From Marsupella aquatica (taxonomy: Eukaryota > Plantae > Marchantiophyta), in contig OZ316897.1 in assembly GCA_973895155.1 (NCBI GenBank), positions 6,027,327-6,091,326 of the forward strand: a DNA stretch of 64,000 bases, written 5' to 3'. The notes under the pieces were generated by a model. It searched no databases. It was not told where the DNA came from and saw only the letters and a program-made list of their open reading frames with translations. Positions 51,661 through 63,325 of this stretch are shown here, piece after piece. Each line of letters opens with the position of its first letter. Position 1 is the first letter of the stretch. The position numbers and the translations under genes are program-made.

Positions 51661-54600
51661 TCAATCTGAGAATTCTGATTCACTTGACTCGGACCTGTCG
51701 GTGGATTCTGCCTCCATGTCTAAAAATTCGTTCTCGGCCATATCATCAACATATCGACTACGAATAAATTTTCTATCAGACCCTCTCCTTAATCTCAAAC
51801 CTTTATGCTCCCAATGGAGGGTCCGCGCACTATCAGCTCGTCTAGCAATATTCTCAGCATAGGAAGGTAGTACAAATGGTTTCTCGGGAGTTTTAATATA
51901 TCGCCTAGCTACTTTCCTTCTGAGTTTGAAACGCCGGCGAAGATTCCAGTCTGACCTGAGGACGAGAAGTTTAGGGTTTTATGTCAACACCAAGAATATT
52001 TTAAAAACCAAAAAAAAACGAGAAATCTAAGAGAGAATAAGGTAATGTACTAAAAAACCAAAAAACAGGGTTTTCTTAAGAGCTTACTCGGAAGCTTCTT
52101 ACTCAGAAGAGTCTCCGCTGTCACTCCCTCCATTAGATCCTGGATCTTCTCCGGTAAGAGACACTTTGGGAATGTTAGGATCCTCCTCTTCTTCCCCCTC
52201 TTCTGTCTCATCCTCATCATCAGAATCAAAATTTAAGACAGACTTCAGTTTGTCTCTCTTTCGTTTTGAAATAGAAGACTTTGGAGGGGATTTGGGCTCA
52301 GACTCTTTTGGAGTAAGAAGATCCAGAAATACCTGAGAAGCAGTTTCCACAAACTCCTTCCTATTCTCGAGTCCAATTACAAAACGACCACAATTATCAC
52401 CTGCAACAAATGTACTCCCCGAACCTACAGCCCAATCCAGAACAATATCTCCTGGACACGTAATTAGTTCCAACACAGCCTGCATGAATCCTGGATGTAG
52501 TCTGGCATTCCCGGCAAATTCAAGCTCCGGAGTTGTATCAACCTTCGCGAAGGGAAGTCCAATCAGATTTGTAATGGAAGGATCCTCTATTTTTGAAAGG
52601 GGTTTGAACTTAGGATCTTTTGGGACTTTCACCTTGGATGATATCCGAGAAAATACATCCAAACGTAAAGTGAATACCTAAAAAGGGAACAAAATAGAGG
52701 AAGGACCCTTAGATTACAATAGCGTCGGGCGCTAGCAAATAATCCACAAAATCAAGTTGAATAATTTACCTAAAATAAGGTCGAATAAAAAGGAAAGTAA
52801 TAGATAATATGAATAGCGCCGGGCGCTAGCAAAAGGATCAATAAAATTACCTGTAAATCAGACTTCGCTTTGTACATTGGGAACCCCATGACGACATTAT
52901 GTGTACATAGACATTGGAATTTCTTGGACTCTTGACAAGCGGAGATGACCTGAGAAATTTGATCATACTCCCCCGTATGGAGTATCGCAATAATTCCGTC
53001 ATCCGACAAAAAAGGATCCATTGCCCGGAAAAAGGATCGGGCTAGGGTACAGTCGGGGACGTTCCATTTAGGGACCTTTCTGTCAAGCAAAGTCGGTTTT
53101 AGTCCAGTTGGCAAGTAAATAAAACCAGCGTCAACACCAAAAGGTCTTTGCTTCCCACCCCTCACCACTCCTTTCAGCCGGCATCCAGATTTGATCAGGT
53201 CTTTCCCCCACTTTTCGGCAGCATTTACCCATTCCGGCTTCTCCTCCTTATTAAACACACTGTCCACAAGTTCACTGACACTGGTCTCAATGAAACAATG
53301 ACGAGACGACTTGGCTTTAAAATCCCCAACATCACGTTGGAGCCCAGTGGCAGCTTGAGAATCCCGTTCTGATTGTCCAACATCTCGAGTCCTTCTGCTT
53401 TTCTTTTTTGTACTCGTCGCATCGACTGGGACAATCGATTTCCCAGAATTAACTGGTGTAAGTGGATCTGGCAAAGCGCCAGTATTTGCTTCTGAAGCTT
53501 CTGGAGTAGCCTTCGTATCATCTGTGCCATCTGCATCTGACTTCTTTTGACCTATGGACATATTGCAAAGAATGTGGGATTAGGGCCTTCAAGAAAACAC
53601 TAATGAAGATTGAATCACAAGAATGGTAGCGTCGGGCGCTAGCAAACAGTTGAAAAAAGATGGAAAACTTACGTTTCTTTCCGGATCTCGTGGAGGCACT
53701 TGGCAATGCAGTGTCTATTTTAACTTTCCCTCGTGGCTTGCGGCTCCTATCTACATGGACAACTACTGTCTCACAGATTGTCTGTAACTCCGTAGAAGAT
53801 TTATCGACGTCGCTAAGGAGACCTTGCTTCATCTCAGAAACAATGTTGGGAAGGATCTGCGACTTTGCAAGTTTCAGAAACCAATCCTTCTCCACTTCAT
53901 CAAAGGGTGAATCCCACTTGTCTGTGTCAAGGTACCATGGGCAGTGAATTCTTTCCCAATCGGACATTTCCCTTGGCGGTAGTTTACCCTCGGCAGGATA
54001 CATCGAGTATAAGTCACAAACAAGATCTCCCTCCTTTACAGTAATCCACTTGTGAAATGCGGCTGGATACGACCAAAGAGCATCCGGGGAATGAATTTCC
54101 ATCCAAATGTAGAAACGATACAAATACCTCTTGGCCCTCTTCTGATTTTTCTTGGTATATACCTCTTTATCAGGGTATTTTGATGGCCACATGGTGTTGA
54201 AGAACTTTGCCTTCACAAGATCCCCATACCTTCGGAATTCACTTGAAATTACTTCAATCAGATTTTCTACCGAGTCACACCCTGACTGGGCAAGCCTATC
54301 AACCGATAGCGTTTCAATCGCTGCAGACATTGCCGAGTGTAGCATCCCAATTGCAATTCCCTCGATGGTATTCCATGTTTGCCATGTGTGGCACCACTGC
54401 TTCACTGGATCATCGTTCACACTCGAAGGGTGGAAGAATTGTTTTCTCAACTCTGGATCAATGTACACCTCAATTTCGGATCAAGCGCCGAAACTGCAGT
54501 GAAGAGTCTGGCACGGTCCATAGTACTGCAAACAACCGAATCTGGTTTTTTCTCTCGCTTGTTTTTCTCTGTCAAAACATACATCTCTGCACAGGTACCT

Positions 54601-55923
54601 AGAAAATCTTCAAACTCAGGACTAAGAAGAGGAGTGATTTTGGACGTTTTTGTGGACCAATCTTTAGTAGATTCTTTCAACATGAGCGATTGCCGCTTTG
54701 TGATGTCATCAGCTGACCAAGGATTGCCTTGACTTGCTGCCAGTGCCATGTCCATCTTGAACTGGTTAGTGTGAGCTTTGATTTTGTTTTCGCATAAAAT
54801 ATAGACTAGAGCTTCCAGAGGCATTTTTCTTGTGTACCAAGAATGTTTTCGAGTCTTCTGTTTGATATACTCAAACTTTGTATAATTGGCGCTGTCAATG
54901 ATAGACTTGTAGTGCTCTAGATCATGAGAAAGAATCCTCTGGATTCTGTCTGCGTCAAGTATCCACGACGGTTCAACAACAGCCTGCCCTAACCTGCAAT
55001 AGGTCAGGTTTTCAATTATTAGCGTCGGGCGCTAGCTTAACTTAAACACTCAATTAGCCTATAAACACTGTATTATTTTATAAACACTCCATAAACACTG
55101 TATTTATGTAATCAACAAGTATTGCGGAAATCGTTAATTACAAGCTAGGGCAAAAAACGTACTGGTTCACAGTGTGCATAGCCGCCTCAATCTGAATTTG
55201 TGAAGCTTTGTCGCCCTTGAAAATGGTGCAGAGAACTCTGGGATGATACTTGACGTTGTCAGGATTTTCCTTAGTGACCATCATCCACGAGTAAAGTCGA
55301 TGATTCCCGTCGAACACTGAGAACATTTTGTCTTTCAAGATCATAAAGGCAGGATCTGCCTCGCACTCCAGCTCAAACTTCTCGTTCTCAGCAACCCAAA
55401 TTGGATCCCAACTCTCCCTGATCTCTTCATTGCAGATTTGCTCCACACCATCCGAATCGGTCGGCTGTACAAAAAACCGCATTCCTATCCTGGGATTGTA
55501 TCCACTACTTCGGAATGAGTCTTTTAATTTCTCAATTGACGCACTCTCCTTCTGTAACGTCCGAACAACCTCCATGTGGACCAGGCGACAAAGCGGAATC
55601 TGTGGAGGTTCCTTCTCATTACCCCGGAAATCTTTCCCAAACGACATAATGTGTTTGGAGATGACTTCATCCATTCCAAGTCCTACCTCGTTGCCCTCTC
55701 CCAAAGCGTAATCGGTCATGCCATCAGTCTCCATTCTGCCCCTTCTTGGCTTCTGGCTCGGGAGTGTTGTGTTCGACGAAGGAATCGCTCTGCTTGATCT
55801 TGTAACACGACGCGAATAGAATGCCCCAGAGAATGAAGATTGTGTACTCTCGCAATGACCCTGATCTCCCTCCGGAATCGTGGTATACCCTCTTGGAGAG
55901 CTTGGAGCGCTTGAAGGTTGCAT
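51661..55923 (-). CDS. ParB/Srx-domain plus permuted N4/N6 DNA methyltransferase-fold protein (copy 2), ~1217 aa, 5 exons, one apparent 1-nt frameshift
   Basis: Exons 55923-55163, 54993-53673, 53551-52851, 52677-52103 and 51955-51661 join in phase through GT-AG introns. ParB motif FSVFDGNHRL. Motif-IV position VDAGFIYLPTG followed by FLSDDGIIAI. Motif I LITCPGDIVLDWAVGSGSTFVAGDNCGRFVIGLE. Frame change near 54450. The start could lie further upstream. Confidence 0.8.
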
Positions 55924-56820
55924 CGTGGAGCCCCAAAGTTTGCGAAGGTGCTTGTACGACATAGAGCCAATGTCTATTCTCACGCTCTGAACAGATTACC
56001 GTACAAAAAGAACAACCAGGAAACCTTTAAAACTTGGGCGGTTGACATCATGGGAGGTAGATCGATGCAGAAGAAAAGGATCTCACTCACCAATCATGAC
56101 AAGGACAAGTGGCCGATACTGTTTAGAATGAGTATATGTAACGCCTCTTTTTAACTGGGGTACGGGAGGAGCGATGATCCGTAGGCTATTGTTAAGGAAG
56201 TCAACTGCAAAAAGCACAAAACAATGAGTACGTTCATGCACTTTACCGTTAGATATAACCGTTGGGATAATACAAGTCATTCCTTTCGATACTAGCGCCA
56301 GGCGCTAGCATTCAAAAACCAACAGAATAACATCATTAACACTGATGTTAGCCATGAAATTATGTCAGCGCCTGGCGCTAACTATATTTGATACGTGTAT
56401 ATTTCCTACAAACAACAATTATATAAAACAAACTCAATGTCTTTTGACATTTCTGTTATTCCAATAAAATTAATAGAGTTTTGAACCATTAATTGGAAGT
56501 GGATTAATGATAGCGCCTGGCGCTAGCATATGAAGTTTGGTTTTAGGTTTTAATTCCGTGACATATTTATGGTAGCGCCGGGCGCTAGTAAATATCTGAT
56601 CGTGTTTCTCAAACTATATTATTGATGTTACCAGTACGTAGTGACGTTGGCAAAACGACAAACGACATTTATGTTTCTACATTTTACGACTAGTACCAGT
56701 TTTGTCGTTCACAAACGATAATCTTCTGGAGTTTGTTACAAATTCACTTAACTTAAGTCGTGTTATGTTCTCCTCTTCTCTCATTTTCTCTGTTTTCCAA
56801 TTCGGGATTATTGTTCCGCA

Positions 56821-59800
56821 ATGTCTAATTCAGTTGTGCTTCTGCGTTCTGGAACTGGAGAGATTGTACGCATTCCTTTAGGTTCTTCCGATACGTACAA
56901 ACAGGTTAGTGAGAACTATCTTTGTGGAAGATTTGACATTGGCATCAATGACATTCTTTCCATCAAACCTGTTGATGCTTCTGGAGACGAGGCTGGTGAC
57001 GCATTGTTTGATATCGACGATGGAGTCAGATTTTGGCACCTGACCGCTGGGAAGAGATACTATATCAATCTTCGAGATAATTCCGTTACGAATGAAATTC
57101 ATCCGGTTCCCGTCATTCACCTTTCCGATAGTGATGAGGAGGATGTTGCCGTTCATTCGCAAAAATCGCCCAATCCGGGAACTTCGGTCAAGATGGAAGG
57201 TCAGTTTCCTTCCGAGGCACACGTTGCGGGGGGTGCTGCGGAGACACACGTTGTGGGGGGTGTTGCGAGAGGTATTGTCTATCATCGAAGCGCGATGGAT
57301 GCTATTCTCAAATCAACTGGCCATAGTGAACTATCGCGATTCATCCGAACATGTGATTTCAGGCATGAGCAGGTGAATTGCCTCCCAAGCAAATACAATG
57401 GAAACGTTGTATTTGAATTGCCTCCCGTAGAAGGTCTTCTTTCAAAAGGTTCAAGACTCCGTGACATGGATCAGCCGAAAGACTGCTACTTCTGGACACG
57501 AATATTTCCAACCTCTGCGAATGTACAACCGAAAAAGTTCTGGGAATTTGGTAAAGTGACGTGTACAGGAGCACTAGAATGTCAGAATCAGAAGTGTGAT
57601 TATCTTTTGCGGAAGAAACAAAGAAATTGTAAAGCTTGGGATGGGATACCCAAACTCGCGGGGCCACATACCGTAGGAAAGATGATTGACGAGGGTGGCG
57701 TAGTTTGTCACTATTGCCAACGATTACCCTTTTGTACTGAAGCATGTCCTGCAATGCTTTTTTATATGTACCCTCAACTACTTCTAGACGCGGATACTTG
57801 TAAGCATATGTCCCGTCTTGCTGTGCATGTCGGAACTCATGCTCACCCTAGTCGAAAAGTTTTTTCTCGTGGTGCTGAAAAGATTGCTCACAACTTCATA
57901 AAGAAACAACATGAAGCCACGCCGTGTGCCACACCATCGGGTCTGAAGAACGCTATAACTGGATCTTTAAGGAAGGCTCTTTGTGTGTCCAACAATGACA
58001 TTGGTGAATTGGAGGAAAGAGAAATTTGGGAGTCATTAATGGTAGTTTCGACCCCTCAAAAGTTTGCATCTCTTTTTCGAAGCGTTCGGCAAGACCAAAA
58101 AGGCAAAGGTGAGTTGGAGTTTCTTGTTGAAATGCAAAAATGCATAATCTTTCCCTTTCTACAACGTTACATGCTCCCAGGTCAAGGCTGTAAAGAGGAT
58201 AGGCCACATATTTTCAAAATGACTGTAAAAGGGCACGGATCTGGAGTTGATTTGTTGCGCCAAATGCAGCCTGGAGGTCCATTGGAAGGGGCATGGGTCA
58301 TTTTTGATGTGATGAGGAGGATGACAAAAGATTGGATAACTTGTAGTGCACATGTTTATGATCACAATTATTGTGCTCTTTGCACAATTTTCACATGTGA
58401 GTTGAAAGCAGAAGATTCAGAGTCTCTAGAGAAAGCCTGGAAATTGATGATTGAGGTTTGCCATGAAAATGGGTTGGATAATGTTGTGATCCATGGAGTC
58501 ATGGCTGACAATGCCCAAGCTGGATGGAATGTTGTTCAGAATGTATTTTTCGGAGGACATCCTAACCCAGAAAAGGAGCGATCGGATGCGTTTCACTTCT
58601 ACCAATCGTTTCATCGTCACTCGATTGAAGGTGTATTGGAAGAAAAACGAGATGAGCATCGGAAGATGTGGGACTCTTTAAGGAACGCGTCCACATTTCT
58701 TGGAGCATACAGAATTTCAAGGGATATCGATGTATGGTGGAGATCTGGGAATTGTGTTCCAGGGAAGCTTCGAATGCTACAAGGTTGGTTGGCGTGGTGG
58801 GTGGTCCGATGGCGTCAATGGGGAAATTTCATTCGTTTGGTGAGTTTCAACATCCAGTAACCACTCGAACTCATACTAGCGCTTGGCGCTACCATTATTT
58901 TCAGTTAGTGTGGTCTCGTAGGTTTCGTTCATCATTATCTTGTTTTTGATACTAGTGCCAGGCGCTAGTATTAATGGACCACTTGTTTCTTAAATTTAGC
59001 AAAAATATCGTTTGAATGTTGCTAGCGCCAGGCGCTGTCATTGACTTTATGTACATGTGGCTAAGTCATATTTACTAAACTCTGCTGCTACGGTGGATGC
59101 AGAACAAAAGCGTGGAGGAAAGCGCTATGATTCCTAACTGTACTACTTCAGAGGCGGCGCATTCCATAATGAAGGCTTGGCAAACTAAGAAAAAGGCTGG
59201 CCTATTCGAAGCATGTGAGATGGACCAAAACAGGGGTGTCTCACAAGTTGCAGCATATACGGCGTATAAGAGAGGTCTTCACCGAGGAACCGGACCTACA
59301 ATTTGGGAATTGGCATTCCGTTCGGCGGACCAAGCAGGTTCTTCAAAACTTTTCCAAGATGCTTCCAATATGCTTCTTTCCGGTGCGGCTGAATTCGACC
59401 TGGAAAGGAGTGGTCCACTCAATGGGGATGTTACAACAAAGTCTATGAAGAGGAAAGGTCAGGCCTCTGGGAACATCTCGGCACAAGACTCCCATCGGCA
59501 TGACACTATTCTTGTAACATCACCAAATACTCGAGGTATGAAGAGGAAAAACTTAAACAAGACCGAATTCTCCCCGAATGCAGAGGGACCTGTTCATGAT
59601 AACATTGGCGTTGTGGATCTGTCGGAAAGCGTAATCGAAGAAGGCTGTCATTGGAGTACTCCGTCGTGGAGGAGGGTGACAAGGTCTTCTGTAGCACCGC
59701 AAAGTGCACCTCCGAACCTCCAAAGGGTTGTCCATGACTCATCTGTGTTGGAGACTGACATGCGACCAGGTGATTGGCACCTGCGAAGAGTGACAAAACA

Positions 59801-60620
59801 TGGTGCAGGGCCTCAATGTAATGGATCTCTTGGCGGTAAATCGGAACGAGATGACTATCGAAATCATCTTAAAAAGGTTGGTTACCCGTCAACGGATGGT
59901 GTAGTTGGCATTGTTGTCAAAGGACACCTCATGTTCAGGGGAGAACCACATCTTGAGATGATTTGGTTCTGTCCCAATAATTCATGCTATAAGAGTCGGC
60001 CCCGTCGTAATGTGGTGAATCTTCCCCCGTTTCCTCATACCCTGCCCGTTTTGAAGGGCACAAATCTTTCGGAAGCTGAGGTCCAATTCCTATCTCAGCA
60101 AGGGATTGCGATCAATCCAGAGGCCGGACGTCAGGCTCCTCCATCTCCATTTGACTTGCGAATCAATGTGAATGTTTTCCCTAAGAAAATCAATCTCCTG
60201 GAGCCAAATATCCGCCTTCGGAGTAGGAATGGTAAAAATACAGTCCCACGATCAAATCTTTCACAAGGACACAACAAAAGAATTGAATCTGCAAACAACG
60301 AGCTGATGACACTTATTCAACAGTTTGATGTTTCAATCGGAAACTCTTGGGGCAAACAATGTCAGATCCAGACCCAAGAGAAACTTTGTACGGCAAACAC
60401 TTACTGGGTGCAGATTTGTATTTTCCCCTGCTGTTCTTGTGAGGACTTCTATCGTCGCCATTCTCATGGACGGCCTTTCATGCCTTGCAAGCATCTATAT
60501 TGGGTTTATACCAACGTCCTCAAACTAGATGTCGTGGATTCAACTTTGGCTAGTCAGCCAATTTTGACTGTAGGTGAGGTGAGGCTCATTCTAGCTAGGC
60601 AGAATTCTCTAAACTTTTAG
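56821..60620 (+). CDS. Mutator-superfamily DDE transposase with N-terminal GCM/WRKY-like Zn domain and C-terminal SWIM finger, 1178 aa, 2 exons
   Basis: Exons 56821-58839 and 59103-60620 with a phase-0 GTGAGT...GCAG intron and no stops. Motifs CTGALECQNQKC...HVGTHAH, WVIFD, VMADNAQAGWN, DAFH (CxxH position), CTTSEAAH and SWIM CSCEDF...PCKHLYWV. Confidence 0.85.
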
Positions 60621-61170
60621 ACTAGAGATTTAGTAACGTTGAACGGCTCCAACCTCATTTGTCGCATTGCAACGTTTCATTTCTTTTCAACGATCACATT
60701 TGGTTAATATATATGGCTAGCGTCCGGCGCTAGCATAAGTTTGTCCCGTTCTGAGTGAACCTCTTTCATTTCACGGGCCGGATGGATTCTTTCATGGGCC
60801 GGATGGATTCTCATCTAAAGTCTTACACTAGTAGGTATTTTTGCAATAAGTTTATTTAAATGGGCTAGAAATCTTGGTTTGTTTTTTGTTAGCGCCTAGC
60901 GATATTATAGAATACAGTTCCGATTCCGATGATATTTTTAAGATAAGTAACATTTCGAGTGTGTTTCGTATCAGCAGCCAGTGTATGGTTGGACCCACTC
61001 GATGGTTTATGTATATTTGGTGGAGAAGTGACTGCATTTAGTTGTTGTAAGGAACCCGATCAAGTGTTACATTTCGCTAAAATGTGGGCTCAAAACTTCA
61101 AAACATTCATGGTATAGGTTCCTGTTTTCCTGTTAACAGGAGTTCTATTTTCTTGTTTCCTGTCTCGATG

Positions 61171-63325
61171 GTGATGCCCTTCCACTTCAAGGTGTTGTGA
61201 GCTTAGTCTATACTGAGCAATAAGTTGTCTAAGTTGTACTGAGATAGTGCTAGATAAGTATTCTTGTTCTCGATATTTCTTCATGGGGTTCACATCTCTC
61301 ATGTAGTATTGCTGCCGTGGGCTAGGTTCATGCCAAAGTTTGTGCAAAGCCTTTTGCTCAAGTTTTGCTCTTAGCTTGGTTGGGTGTGTTGGCCATTCAT
61401 GTTCAGGAAAATCCCAAGCATGGGCCCACCTGCACACATCTGCATACCACCCTTTAGCTGAAGATGAGTGCAAGGCATGAAAAAGAAATCTGTTTTCCTC
61501 CAACTCTCTTACACGCATGATGTATTTGAGTGTGTGGAAGAGTGCTCCACCTCCAAAGGAAACAAGCCTGCCTCTGCAAGTGTAAGTGCATATGGGGTTT
61601 GTGACTTGATCCCAAGCTCCATCTCAAGAAATAGCTTTTGTAGCCCCTCAATCTGTTGCCACCCAGATTTAGACACACCTGCTCCCCAAATTGGTGCTCC
61701 ATAAAGAATGACTGGTTTCACCAAAGCTCCAAAGAGATGTTTCCTTAACCTCCAAGTGTGTAGACCAGCTCTTTTGCATTTGTTCATGAATGCATAAAAA
61801 GCTCTGTACCCATTGGCAACCCTAGATTTTACACATGAGGCCCAACTCAAGTTTTGAGAGAACTCCACCCCAAGGTATTTGTAGGTCCTCACAAATTCCA
61901 CCAGATTCCCTTGGAAGTAGAGCTCTGGATTTTGTCGTGTGCCAATGCCCAAACACTTGGTCTTCTTGAGGTTGACTACCATCCCTGTTGCTTGACAAAA
62001 CTCCTCCAAGGCATTGAGATGTCTTTGCAAAGCTTCTTGAGCATGAGCAAGTAGGACCACATCATCTGCAAATATAAGAAGTTGGAGGACAAACCTACCC
62101 AATTGAGTGCCAACTCCACCATGCTCCTCCAAAATGTTGTGTAGTTGATCAATGAAGATGCCAAAGAGAGTTGGTGAGAGAGGACAACCTTGGATCACCC
62201 CAAGAGTGCTCCAGATTTCTTCAGAGGTTTCCTTTGAAAGTTTGATGCGCACTTCTTGGTACAATTTAGAAACAGCCAACCTGAGCTCTTCAGGCACTTC
62301 CAACTCCACCATCCTATCCCAAAGCTTGGATCGGGAAACTTTGTCAAAGGCCTTGGAGAAGTCCACAAACAAGCAAATAATGGTTTATGTGGAGATTTGG
62401 CCTTTTCACACAACACCCTCAAGCAGAGAATGTGATCCATAGTGCTGAATTCTCTCCTAAAACCTGCTTGTGAAGGTGCCCTTTTCATCTCACTCTCCAA
62501 CCAAGAGCTTAATCTGGCTTCAAGTAGTCCTCCCAAAACTTTAGCAAAAGTATTGCCTACCATGATGGTTCTGTAGTTGTGCACATCGTCCTTGTTGCCT
62601 GCCTTGAAGATAGGCACCACTCTTCTGGTCATCCAAGCTTTAGGTAAACCTAAAGCCATTGCTTGATTCAGCTCATGCACCAAGTTTGTTAGTAAAGAGG
62701 GTCCTCCCCACAAAAGAAGCTCCAAGTTCAGGCCCAACAGATCTTTAGCTTTCCCATGTTGCATGTGGGAAAGATGCACCTTCACCTCCCTCTCTGTAAA
62801 CTGAATGGTGTCCCCAAGGGGCAAAGGCATGCCACTAGCATCTGGAAAGAAATACAAGGATGTGACATAGGTTACCAGGTCCTGGTGATCCAAGGGGGGA
62901 GTAGTCTTGCCTGATTGCATTCTCTCCCAAAAACGTTTTGGATGTTTGATGAACTCCTCACATAGTGATTGTTGATGACTCTTCAAGAAGCACCTCTTCT
63001 TGTGTTTGATGAAGTTCTTGTACATAGTGAATGCCAAAAGTCTCTTTTCCCCTGAATGTGATCTAGCTTGCATCCTTGCTCTAGCACAATCCGCGTCAAA
63101 CCAAGCCTTCATGTTTTGCTTTCTAGGGGGTTTGGTGGAGAAAGTAGAGGCTGCTGCTTGTGCTATGACTTCTGAGAGCTCAATCTGATCATCCAGGGTA
63201 TGGAGAAGATGTTCAAAGTTGGCTTTGAAGATGACTTCTCTATCAGGGTCTAGAAACAGAGGTTTGGGTACTGGCTTTCTATGCACTTTGAAGGTGACAA
63301 GTACAATTGTTTTGTGATGCCACAT
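61171..63325 (-). mobile_element. RTE-like LINE reverse transcriptase region, 5'-truncated, frameshifted
   Basis: Motifs VVPIFKAG...NYRTIMV, SQAGFRREFSTMDH, FVDFSKAFDKV, GVIQGCPLSPTLF, LLIFADD, YKYLGV, LYGAPIWG and IAQYRLSSQHLEVE. Confidence 0.92.

Larger units (their letters stand above)
49727..60904. repeat. Dispersed 15-bp palindrome TAGCGCC-N-GGCGCTA (~20 copies)
   Basis: Cores start at 49727, 49918, 50198, 51176, 51300, 51475, 51599, 52720, 52814, 53627, 55020, 56293, 56366, 56511, 56573, 58877, 58953, 59023, 60718 and 60890, some with 1-3 changes. Arms are often extended (GC/AC...GC/GT). Confidence 0.95.
49530..61075. mobile_element. Mutator-like element carrying a ParB-methyltransferase-fold cargo gene (boundaries approximate)
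   Basis: Divergent transposase and ParB-MTase genes share one palindrome family that is confined to 49568-60904. Confidence 0.75.
49386..61170. repeat. Outer inverted termini (ACAGGAAAC-repeat ends) enclosing the MULE/ParB-MTase unit
   Basis: CATAAGACAGGAAACAGGAAAA (49386-49407) versus the reverse complement of 61148-61170, CATCGAGACAGGAAACAAGAAAA. ACAGGAAA(A)C subterminal repeats on both sides. No clean TSD. Confidence 0.65.

Noticed and set aside
51661-55923. Bacterial or phage contamination explaining the ParB-MTase
   Set aside because: The gene has four in-phase GT-AG introns conserved in a paralogue and is nested among plant TEs.
60770-60832. Helitron 3' end (CTAGT after a short duplicated motif)
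   Set aside because: No clear GC hairpin, no Rep/helicase gene, and a palindrome copy lies beyond it.
49727-60904. Palindromic repeats as a CRISPR array
   Set aside because: Spacing is irregular (60 bp to over 2 kb), the unit is only 15-21 bp, copies sit in spliceosomal introns, and there are no cas genes.
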